DNA of 20,000 bases, taken from assembly GCA_001687465.1 (NCBI GenBank), contig LVLI01000386.1:111043-131042 (forward strand), written 5' to 3'. This DNA is from Halocafeteria seosinensis. Its lineage: Eukaryota. A model generated the notes under the pieces. That model saw only the letters and a program-made list of their open reading frames with translations. It made no database searches and was not told the DNA's origin. This document shows, in pieces, positions 10,801 to 20,000 of this stretch (positions are counted from its first letter, which is position 1; each line of letters opens with the position of its first letter). The position numbers and the translations under genes were made by a program.

Positions 10801-13636
10801 GGGTTCGAAATGCCATCCGACAGCAACGGCAAGAATCTCGTGGGACTGGTAAGGGCAACGGAGGACAGGGAAACTTCCAGCCCGGTCTACTCCGCCCTGT
10901 TCCAAACCCCGCAGGTAAGTGATACGCATTTTTAATTGAGATAACGAAGGCTGCAATTGTAATTCTTTGACGTCCTTGCAGGACGTAGGATGAAGGCGGT
11001 TGCCATGACGGCTGCAGACATTTTTGATGCAGTAAAGTATAGGGTCATGGCTCTCGGTGCCTTTAAGAGTTTGGGGGATCGTCGACGACAAGGACGCATT
11101 GCCTATAAGATGTTTTCTATTGGATTAATGGTGAAGGTAAGAAGCCGCAACTTACTTATGCCTCCTTCCTCCACTGTTATACATTCCGCCATTGCAGTTA
11201 GCGAGGATGAGGACTTACCAACGCTATAGTACGATAATTTTTACTATTGGCTTTTTGATGGGATCGGCTCGAAGAATGGTATTCCGACGCCGGAGGGCAA
11301 AGTTGTTTGCGTTGGGATCAAGCAGGTGGGGTGTACCGGAGAGCGACATTATTCTAGTAACATTTCCTGAGTCGATATCTTACACTGCAGAATAGAAGTC
11401 AAGAGTCGGCGTCGTGCGCTCTATTCTACGAAGCTCTTTTCCGTTGGAATACTGTTGAGGTCGGTACGGCAGAAGGCTATGTCGCGCCGCGCGGTGGCTC
11501 TCTTCGCTGTGGGTGTTTTCCCGATGCTCCTGCGTGTAGAAGGGAAACCTATCGGGTAAGTACTCCCTGTTTTCGAATAGAAGCGGCGTGTGTGCATATC
11601 ATTTGCCGGTAAATGACAGGCATGCCGCTCGCAAGAAAAAGAGTGGTCAACAGAAGTCAACTCTTCGACAATTTCAGTTTAGCAAGGTGAACAAAACAGA
11701 GGGCACTTTATGGGAGGTATGGTGACTTGTCGATATCCTGCTATTGCCCATTGAAATAATGTCCGTTTATGTTAGAGGCAGGGTGCTAATCCTGATGCAA
11801 ACTACGCGCTTGCGAAGTTATTTCCGGATCTGTACGATATGTTTGAGCAGAAGAAGGTATGTGCTGTCAACTGGCACTGCTAAGACAAGTGTGCACCATT
11901 CATTGTGTACTATGCTGATGCAGAAGAAAACTGCAACGAAGAAAGAAGGCAAACCCAAGCAAAAGAAACAGCTAACCAAATTCATCGATGAAGGTGGCAG
12001 CCGACGACAAAACATGAGTATTGGGCTAGCGAAATTCAAAAAGAAAGCCGAGAGTTATGGCAAACTTGCTGGCGTGGGTTCCATTTTCTATTATTGTGTG
12101 TGTGTTTCTCGCTGTGATAGGGGAATCCTGTACGCAGGGTTTAATTCGCATGGAAGATCCTAAAGATTTTTTACCGGAAGGGGCCGAATCAATAGACCAA
12201 CTCATGTCGGACACAATACTGCCGCGTACAGGTATGCGTACTGTGTGGCCTTATATGCCTTTCCGGAGTCTGATAAACTCTGTTTGGTGATCAGAGGAAA
12301 TGAACCGCGCTTTGCAATATGAAAACCCTGACAATACTTTCGATGAGCCGGAACTCTTTGTTTGGCATATGAGTAGGGTTCCACGTCTTGAAGCTCGTTT
12401 ACGATGCCTTAAAACGCTAAACCTATGGGAGGACAAAAAGGCAAAAGTTGAGGAATCCATTAATACAAGTATGAGCGGATATCGAATGAACTACGGCTCT
12501 AGAACGTCACCACTGCTGCATTGTCTGCCGGCTACAGTCAAAGAAGCCAGTTTAGAGATTCGCAACGGTGAAACGCTGAGGAAGTTCCTCGTGAACTACG
12601 TACTCCCATTTAGTAATGCGTTGAACGCAGGTGAGTAACTCGGCTGTACAGATAATCTCGAACTAGATTATCCAATAGTGTTACAATTATTGACAAACGC
12701 GTTTCAGGCAATAAGGGGAAAGTGACAGGAATTAAATTGGCTAGCATAACGAAGTTAGCCGATACCAAAGCTGTTAAGGATCCTAAGGTTACAATGCTTG
12801 ATTACTTGATAGAACGGATAGCTCAGCATGAGTACGTGGGCTCGGCTCTGACGTTTCAATAGGGTGACATACATCTTACCTCCTACGATTCATCTCAGGC
12901 CGGCAATATTGGACATGCATTTAGAATTCAAAACTGTTCAATGGGCGGTAAACATGAACGAAGAACAGATTAAAGCGGATATTAATGACGTAAGATGACT
13001 TCTCGACTCTCCGCGTTGCAATCTAGCTCAGCTTTACGACGTGTCGTTTTCGCAGCTCCACAAAGATCGCCAGCAATTGGAACACAGCCGTAATGAAGCT
13101 CTAAAACAAGCAGAGCAGGACCCAAGTTCTCGAGATGATGAATTTCTTGAAGTACGTTGTGGCTAAGGTGTGCCTTTGCAAGCAGCAACTTCTATTGCTG
13201 CTGTATTGCAGGCCGTGGAAGAGAAACTGGGAAAGGTACAAGACGAGGACGACGATATCAAAGACAGGCAGACGAAGATGGAGGATACCTTCAAAGACGC
13301 TTGCAAGTATACTGGTAAGACCTTAACTGATTATTTAGGACAGGCTCTTGCGGTGATCAGCAACCCATTGGTGCAGCGGAGGACCCAAAAAGTACAAAGA
13401 AGGAGGATCTCTTTAAGCTCGTAAGCAACGTAATTCAAACGATTAGGAACGCAGTACAGAAATATAAGGAGAAGAAGGAGCAAGAAGAAAAACAGAGAAA
13501 AAAAGAAGAGGAAGCTAAGAGAAAGAAGGAAAGAAAACCAAAGACCCCCAAGGCTCCTAAACCAACTGGCAACAAACCTGCTCACAGCAGCAAAATCTCC
13601 GAATTAGCTCAATCAGGCCTTGCTCACTCTGGCTAA
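7894..13636 (+). CDS. Formin (FH2) with N-terminal TPR repeats, a Ser/Gly-rich linker and six 22-aa basic repeats; about 1428 aa, 23 exons; start codon uncertain
   Basis: Phase-consistent GT-AG model: 7894-8069, 8148-8416, 8479-8732, 8800-8874, 8943-9018, 9088-9219, 9291-10198, 10263-10368, 10435-10914, 10982-11136, 11198-11325, 11391-11555, 11620-11716, 11776-11856, 11924-12073, 12138-12231, 12295-12468, 12538-12630, 12708-12831, 12899-12989, 13056-13151, 13212-13314, 13377-13636 (4287 nt). FH2 motifs: LRQFQFSKV..EGTLW, RRQNMSIGLAKF, ELFVWHMSRVPRLEARL, FSNALNAG, GIKLASITKLADTK, TMLDYL, AEDP...EDLF. TPR-like: LVHSYQRLGQLEDALHC, PNHPAFLQTLIVIGNISRQLG. Confidence 0.9.
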
Positions 13637-13825
13637 GGAGTCATGGCTGGCAGCCTCCCAATTACACATTCCCGGGCCCTGTGGAGGTATGCTCATTTCT
13701 ACTGCTTGAAACTAATTGCTCACTCTGGCTAACGAGTCACGGCTGTGAGTCTCCGAAATACATATATATATATATATATCCCCAGCACCTGTGGAGATAT
13801 GGTCACTTCTATCGCTCTCGACAAA
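13620..13825. repeat. Diverged 96-bp tandem duplication (2 units); the second unit carries an (AT)9 expansion
   Basis: ttgctcactctggctaa(g/c)gagtca(t/c)ggctg at 13620 and 13716. cctgtggag(g/a)tatg(c/g)tca(t/c)ttcta in both units. (AT)n at 13762-13779. Confidence 0.9.
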
Positions 13826-14453
13826 TTGAAGTGGTCCACAAGCATGTATTTCATGCGATTACTGTGTAGTAGGAGATCGGCATCTACATAGAGAATGACA
13901 GTACAACTTGTACTGCAAGCCTGGTGTCTCTCTTTGAAAATTACTACACAGTCTTCTGATCGATCCTGTTTCCAAGATCCCATATCAATTGTGTGCTCGC
14001 AGCCATACTGCGTTGGTGATGTAGCACTGATGTCAAACCTACGGTCGCAACTATGTAGATGTTTTGCACATTTACCCAGAGCTAGCTCACGTTGCCCTGC
14101 AAGCTTTCCAAGTGGATTGTTCGGTTGCTATTCATACGCCTGGTATAGGAATTGCGAGTCATACAGTTCCTGGGAGCACATTTCGACGTAAAGGGGGGGG
14201 GGGTTGCAAGGTGACACCAATAAAATTGTCCGGAGTGCTACGGTGCATCTGCTTTACAAGTAGCCTAGCGATTGCTAGGCGTCCAGCATGTGCAACACTC
14301 GCTGACCTTCTTGTAAGATGTGCCATGATAGTATCACAATTACGTGCTGCAACACGACGATTCTGTCAAAACGTTAGGTACGAAGTGATCGTTACTGCTT
14401 CGCCCAGAGCTTAGGATAATTCGCATTGAGGGTCACACAATGTTTGACAAAAG

Positions 14454-15246
14454 CTACTTCGACATCAGCACCACGATCTCTGTTAACTGGGTCATGCCAT
14501 GTTGACCTAGCGTGACGTTGGGATAATCTGCCATCACGTCGTTTGAATGTAGAACTTGCGGCTGCGTGAAGCCCACTTTCTTGAACAAGTACATCGCTTT
14601 GCCCAAGGACACGTTCACTCCCTGAGGTTGGTAATCAGAATGCATGAATTCAATTAAAAGTTTCCCTGACGGTTTTAGGATATCGTAACAATGGCGAAGG
14701 TACACTTCCACCTCGTTCATATCTTGCATACTCGTCATTCCCGCTCGATCCCACACAACGTCCACCTTGTCATTTTGTGAACCAAAGGTATAAGAAATGA
14801 AGTTTTCGTCCAGGAAATCGCCGATTATCACCTCTGCACACGCTTCTGGCTGCGTATGAACCCGGTAGACCGGGAATTGTGAGTTAAGAGTTTCGAATTC
14901 GACATGTTGGTGCTCCAGAGAGAACTCATGTTGCTCCAACCATTTCGGTCCGACTTCCTCCACTATATCGATTCCTGTATTTGTGCAAGAGAATGCCGTG
15001 CTGGGTACTGCCTAGTATCGTGGTGAATAAGAGCGCCGTACCTGTTACTCGGAGGGGTGTTGTAGGTCGTTGTGCCAGCCATAGCAGGTCCTGTGTGATA
15101 CCACAGGACGGCAGCACAACTGTATGGAACTCTCCTAACTGTGGCAGATAGCGTACTAAATTGGGATTAGGTTTGGCAAGGTGAAAGCTCTGTAAATGGG
15201 CTTGTTGGGCCCAAAACCCCTGCCAATACTGCTTGAGTTTAGACAT
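14454..15246 (-). CDS. TPMT: Thiopurine S-methyltransferase (TPMT)-family SAM-dependent methyltransferase, 241 aa, 2 exons
   Basis: Exons 15246-15042 and 14974-14454 with a 67-nt GT-AG intron. Motifs YW..FW....SFHL.KPNPNL..Y, VVLPSCG...DLLWLA, VTGIDI, GDF, DVVWDRA, LKPSGK. Family-level call only; the substrate is unknown. Confidence 0.9.
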
Positions 15247-15329
15247 TCCATACACACATGTATCAAAATTTTTCCCATTGTTTGTGCTATAATAATACTA
15301 TAATTACTACATGCCCTACAAACACAAAC
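15247..15329. promoter_or_regulatory. Putative compact bidirectional promoter
   Basis: 83-nt AT-rich gap between divergent ATGs at 15246 (-) and 15330 (+). Confidence 0.45.
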
Positions 15330-16609
15330 ATGGCGTCTCCTTCATTTGAAGCCACGTTTGGCCAAGGAACCCTGGGGATGACAGTGGATGATACCCTCAA
15401 AGTAGTCCATATCCTACAAGATGGCCCCGCGGCCGCCCAAGGCGTGCATTTAGGGGATGCTCTGTGCAAGGCGAACGGCCAGGAGATTCACCACCTGACG
15501 CGGAATGAAGCCGTGGAGAAGATACGGCAAGCTGAACGACCTCTACGGCTGGAATTTAAGCGCTCCCAGGACAAGGAAGCCGAAGGACCTCTTCCCGAGG
15601 AGAAGCCAGCAGCGCAGTCCTCCTCCCATTCAGAGCAGGAACATGGCCGAGACGAGGATCGGTTTTCGGACTACTCGAAAGGAGGAACGGACGACACAGG
15701 GACCACATTTGGATCCAAATTGGGCAAGGAATCGGCGACGTCATCCTCCTCGCCAAACCAGCAAATTCAGAAGGTGGGTGCATGCACGGCTTCACAATGC
15801 TATATATGTAACGCTTATCTTTTTGCCACTGCCCACAGAAGAAACGGTCTTCCGGAGTACAAGCCCTGGCTCAATTCGGACGCTCCTCGTTCAAACGGAT
15901 GCAACGATCGATCAGTGGGAGCTCATCAAACTCGCCCGCACTGTTTCGCTCTCTAGCTGGAGTAAATTCCAGAGTTCCTGAGAGCCAACTTCCAAAGGAT
16001 GACAAGTCTGTTGACAGAGAGCACGAAGCGCTACATACGCTGCGCAAGTCGTTTGACAATAAGTTCGCGCGGACAAAAATCGTAGATGATCACATAATCT
16101 CTTTGTAAGAAAGCCTTGTGGATGTTCTTTTGTTTCTATATTGGCACATTGACGATGTGCGTGCTTACGCGAAATGCAGGCATAACGAGCTCTCGCATGA
16201 AGTCCACCAGACAGTGAAATTATACAAAGAAGAAAACTCGTCTTGGAATAAGCTCTATGGCGTTCTTCAAGAGAAAATGCCCCAGTTACAGGCATCCATC
16301 AATCGAATCAAGTAAGTATGCATCCGCTGTCATTCTCTTCTCAACGGTTGGAAGAAGGACGGCTTTGTGTTCGCAGTCGCACATCCACTTTGGTTTCAAA
16401 TAAATTGGAGGATGTCGAACGTCAAGTCAGGTACGTACTTCAAATTGTCCCTTTTCTGGTATTGGTCAGCAATGACTTTCTTTGCTCTCCTAATGTTGGC
16501 CGACCGCAGTATCTTTAGGTGTGCTGTCCTCGAGGCAGAAGTGCGGCACAAGGAGCGCGACATCAAGAGCAGGATGGACAGTAAGGGTGCAGTTGGCAAA
16601 GACACGTAA
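15330..16609 (+). CDS. PDZ-domain protein with a helical/coiled-coil C-terminus, 5 exons
   Basis: Exons 15330-15773, 15839-16104, 16180-16311, 16377-16430, 16519-16609 (phase-consistent GT-AG). PDZ: F.QGTLGMTV...VVHILQDGPAAAQGVHLGDALCKANG..I......EAVEKIRQAERPLRLEFKR. An in-frame upstream ATG at 15258 is a possible alternative start. Confidence 0.85.
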
Positions 16610-16614
16610 CTGTC

Positions 16615-18150
16615 TTAATTTTCTTTCCATGCATTGTTAAAGATCCTCTTGAACTCTGCCGCTTTTTTTGAGATAGCCTGCTCCATTTGTTTAATGTGCT
16701 GCTCTGCCTCGTGCCGGATTGTACTGGACTCGTCGACGGCGCTACCGCCTCGTCGCAATATGTCTCTGGCTCGTAGTCTGAGTTGTTCAAGCTCCTCATT
16801 TGGCCTCTTCTCCTCCTTTGGTGACGACCGGAACGATTGGCGTTTGATCCTCTCCTCAGATGCCTCCATTTGACGTCTCTGCTCCAGGTTAAGCTTTTCC
16901 ATTCGTTTCTTTCTATCTTCTTTTTGCGCTTGCATCGACCGCTTCTGCATTTCGTGAAGGTTATCTTCGAGGGAGGCCCAATCGAGAGGAGAAGGACCAC
17001 CGTATTCGGCTCCGACAACTCTCTCGTAATGTTTATCTAGCTCGTTCGTCAACTCCCGTTTTTGTGCCTGGTACTGATCAACTGATAATACTCCGTCCTT
17101 ATGATTCTTCTGTAAGATAAGTAAGGAGTCTCTAAATAGCTTCGTCATTTGGGCTTTGGTTGTTATGGCGTGCACACTATCTGTGGTTTGCACGGATTTC
17201 GGAAGAGGATTGTATTTTCTGACTTGTTCTTGAATGCGCAGTTGCTGGAGTGACAATTGCGTCCGGTGCTTATTCGCATAATCCATTGTTCCTGGGCCTA
17301 TCATGTATCCGACATCAATAGGGAAGTCTAGTAGATGATTTACTTCATTTTCAGAGCCAAGATAAGGAGCATGAAGCCAGTCTTGTATCTCCGCCTGGTA
17401 TGCAGTCCAATAGTCACTAGAGAACGACACAAAATCAGAAATGCTGTCATCTTCCGAACCTGTGCCCTCGTAGCGTCTCTTGGCAGCAGCCATTGCTGCG
17501 AATAATACATGTGTTCTCTGGAAGCTTGCCGACCTTGCATCCTCCTCTACGAGTGACCCTGCGTCGATACGGATTTGCTTTTCGATCTTGTCTACCGGCA
17601 TCCCCGCTTCTTGGTATAGTCTTCTTAAGTACTTAGCCTCTATGGTACTGCTGAAATTTGTGTTGTGCAAGTTCTCCACAAAGTTTTTAGCCTTTTCCTG
17701 ATTGATTTGCTTTAGTACACCCAAAGTCTCCTCTACCGCTTTGCTGCTCGAACTTGTTGCCGAGTGATTTCGTAGTCTTTCGGCCTTCTGCGTTACTTCC
17801 TCCACTAAGCGGTTGATTTCTTCCATTTCTTGCAATTCATCTTCTGCCGTTGTTTCGGGACTTTCCCTCATTGTATCCACACGCATTACACCCTTTCGCT
17901 CCAACTCTACAATTTGCCTCATATTGGCTTCCCATAGTAGCCAAGAGCTTTCGCTGAAGGGGTCTCCCACTGTTGTCTTCCGAACGCCTCGTTCATGTCC
18001 CAGACGGGACTCCTCCAGTGTTGGCGCTCGAGCTACATTACGAATGTCTGTCTTTTCAGTTTGGCCCTTTGAAGCAAAACTAGTGGTGGCCAATAGAAGC
18101 CCAAGGCAGCTAAATAAGGCCACTGTCTGAACGCTGCGCAACGGGGTCAT
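16615..18150 (-). CDS. Hypothetical secreted protein, 511 aa, helical/coiled-coil, intronless
   Basis: Long intact ORF. Signal-peptide-like MTPLRSVQTVALFSCLGLLLATTSFA. E/K/R/Q-rich C-terminus. No domain recognised. Confidence 0.85.
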   Translation of the reverse strand: MTPLRSVQTVALFSCLGLLLATTSFASKGQTEKTDIRNVARAPTLEESRLGHERGVRKTTVGDPFSESSWLLWEANMRQIVELERKGVMRVDTMRESPETTAEDELQEMEEINRLVEEVTQKAERLRNHSATSSSSKAVEETLGVLKQINQEKAKNFVENLHNTNFSSTIEAKYLRRLYQEAGMPVDKIEKQIRIDAGSLVEEDARSASFQRTHVLFAAMAAAKRRYEGTGSEDDSISDFVSFSSDYWTAYQAEIQDWLHAPYLGSENEVNHLLDFPIDVGYMIGPGTMDYANKHRTQLSLQQLRIQEQVRKYNPLPKSVQTTDSVHAITTKAQMTKLFRDSLLILQKNHKDGVLSVDQYQAQKRELTNELDKHYERVVGAEYGGPSPLDWASLEDNLHEMQKRSMQAQKEDRKKRMEKLNLEQRRQMEASEERIKRQSFRSSPKEEKRPNEELEQLRLRARDILRRGGSAVDESSTIRHEAEQHIKQMEQAISKKAAEFKRIFNNAWKEN

Positions 18151-18940
18151 GGCTCAAAAAGTGGCCAGATGAAAAGGAACCTATGTCTTCTGAGACCTCA
18201 TCTTTTCCCATTAGCTACATAACCGCATTGTATGTGTGTCAATGGAACGTTTTGAGTGTGTATAACGATCCGTTGTTTTCTCTCGCGTTTATGCTGGACA
18301 AAGCGCTCAAGTTGAAGCCAAATGATCGTCTCGACGGCCCGGCACCGCTGCCTCGTCTGGCTACGCCTCGAAGGACAGTTCCAAAATTACTTGGAAAGCC
18401 CTTTTCTATTGGGTGCCCAATCGGCTGGTTCTCGGATGAAGGTGCTGCAGTGTGCAGACAGTAGCCGTCACATACGGCAACAGTTTCATCAACAAACAAA
18501 CAAAAAAAAAAAAAAAAAACTATGTCGTCTTGGCTCTCATTCATTCACACTCTTCCAGTGCAAGCATTCTTAGCAATTACCGGTACATCTACTGCAATTG
18601 TGCGGTCTTTAACATCAGTAACGCCGTTTGATTCCATGAGCGCTACTCTTCTTGTTCGTCATCTTGTTCCCCAGATGTGCTTGTGATAAGCCCTTCGAAT
18701 TATTCAGAAACTAGCTCCATGTCACCTGATGCAAATAAAGCTGACGTCACTGAGACTAAAGCGGCTATACTACACTGATGGAGTGGAAGACGACGGAGGT
18801 CAGCAGCGAAGGTCGTGCAAAATCTGCAAGAGGATAATGGGGAGGAGGTATACCACAAACAGAAGAATACTGACGCTACCACTGCGAAGGGTTTAGTTCA
18901 TTTGTTTGAAAAAGGGCGAACAATGGCAATGCAGTAGCAA

Positions 18941-19860
18941 TCAGGAACACCCAAGTGGATCGCGGTGCTTTGCTTGAACCAGCATCACCTCCCTGCTTGA
19001 ATACACATCATCTTCTGTCAGTTGCAACTTGCGAGATGCGACTGGTGCTTGCTGCTGGCTGTCTAGAAGTTCTGAGAGTCTGAGCCAGTGTTGTGATTTG
19101 TGTGGGGTTTTCTGTGGGGTCACCCGAAAATGTGGATGTACAATGAAATTTTGTGTGGGGTCAACGTCAAAAAATGTGGGGTATTCAACAATTTTCCACA
19201 AAATTGTTGCTGAAGCAAGAAAGAAGCCTGTAACGCAGCCGATTCAGATTCTTTGGGAGGCTGATATACACACTGACAAACCCCCTGTCGACGGAGACAT
19301 CTAGCTCGCGACAAAAACGTCCATGGAGGTCGCCTAGCTCGCTCGAAGTCCTCTTGTTTCATCGCGATGACATATAAAGCAAGTTCTACAAAAGCTGATG
19401 CAGCTGTCTAAGTGTCTACGAGCTTCTTAATTTCCTTCAGTGCTTTATGGGAGTATGTCAGTTGCTGAACATGCCGTCAGAACTTCACCGAAAGCAGGAA
19501 ACACTAGTAAACGTAAGGGAAACCCTACCGTGCTCACAGTTAAGCCGATTATAAGAGGCTATCTGCACTTTTCAAAGCATCCGATGTTGTTTCCCTTGTG
19601 GGCAGATAGTTAATGTTTTGCTATTTTGAATATGCTCGTTATACTGTTTCTCCCATTTTCTCAGATCATGGAAGTATCTGCGCCTCGACGTGGAATTGTG
19701 TGGTAGGATACTCCAAGTATTCACACTACTCGCGTCCAAGTCAATAATACATTTTCTAGGTATTTTCTCACCAGTGTAATATAGTTAACACCCAATTGCT
19801 CAGTCTGTGCACAGTTGACGAGCCGATCATTCGTCAGTCCACATCTTCCAGGGGAAATTA
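18941..19860 (-). pseudogene. Possible decayed PIKK FAT-domain (DNA-PKcs-like) gene fragment
   Basis: Broken frames give, in order: MWT..DRLVNC/HRLSNW, LTYSHKALKE, VELALYVIAMKQEDFERAR, FVSVYISLPKNLNRLRYRLLSC, LQQLRLSELL, RDPL. The order matches FAT-domain motifs of DNA-PKcs as recalled from memory. Stops and frameshifts are present. Confidence 0.4.
19086..19209 (+). mobile_element. Probable DNA-transposon terminal remnant (hAT-like end)
   Basis: Starts CAGTGTTG, has four TGTGGGG motifs plus one TGTGGA, and ends in a perfect 10-bp hairpin (19186-19209). It interrupts a minus-strand frame. No partner TIR or TSD found. Confidence 0.45.
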
Positions 19861-20000
19861 TGAGTAGGAAACGGGTCCTCGAGGCCTTCATGTTAGCCCA
19901 CGATGACACATACTGAACTCTTACGCTGTGATTTGTCTTCACTATCCATGAAAAGCGTTATGGAAGAGTATATGTATCCTGAAATCCGAGAATTGCACCC

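Noticed and set aside
14193..14203. G11 run (G-quadruplex candidate)
   Set aside because: Single homopolymer with no supporting context.
13830..14450. Short ORFs between the formin and methyltransferase genes
   Set aside because: No motifs, stops in all frames; at best unidentifiable decayed DNA.
15505..15981. PX/sorting-nexin interpretation and overlapping ORFs in the PDZ gene
   Set aside because: The spliced model shows no PX motif; the ORFs are alternative frames or intron read-through.
18491..18519. (AAAC)n + A18 as a retro-insertion tail
   Set aside because: No TSD or recognisable element body upstream.
18183..18937. Plus-strand exon-like frames
   Set aside because: In-frame TGA near 18776, no recognisable domain, no consistent gene model.
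1..20000. CRISPR arrays, rRNA/tRNA genes, prokaryotic operons, alternative genetic code
   Set aside because: No repeat-spacer array or RNA-gene signature seen. Intact genes splice and terminate under the standard code, and internal stops are confined to frameshifted relics.

Overview
Eukaryotic genomic DNA with many short (about 55-80 nt) GT-AG introns. The host is probably a protist (SAR-like), which is an inference. Positions 1-7.7 kb are a transposon and pseudogene graveyard. They hold a decayed minus-strand LRR + Cys-rich + multi-TM receptor gene, a broken PIF/Harbinger transposase followed by a SET-like fragment, and CRE-like non-LTR retrotransposon remnants (one with a chromodomain-like motif). 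Those remnants flank an intact, intronless, membrane-anchored SEL1-repeat gene. Positions 7.9-18.2 kb are a dense block of intact genes: a 23-exon formin of about 1430 aa (TPR repeats, six strict 22-aa basic repeats, FH2, no polyproline FH1), a TPMT-family methyltransferase, a PDZ/coiled-coil gene and an intronless 511-aa secreted protein. The last 1.8 kb is decayed again, with a possible PIKK FAT-domain fragment carrying small insertions. All calls come from reading motifs and assembling exons by hand; no searches were run.
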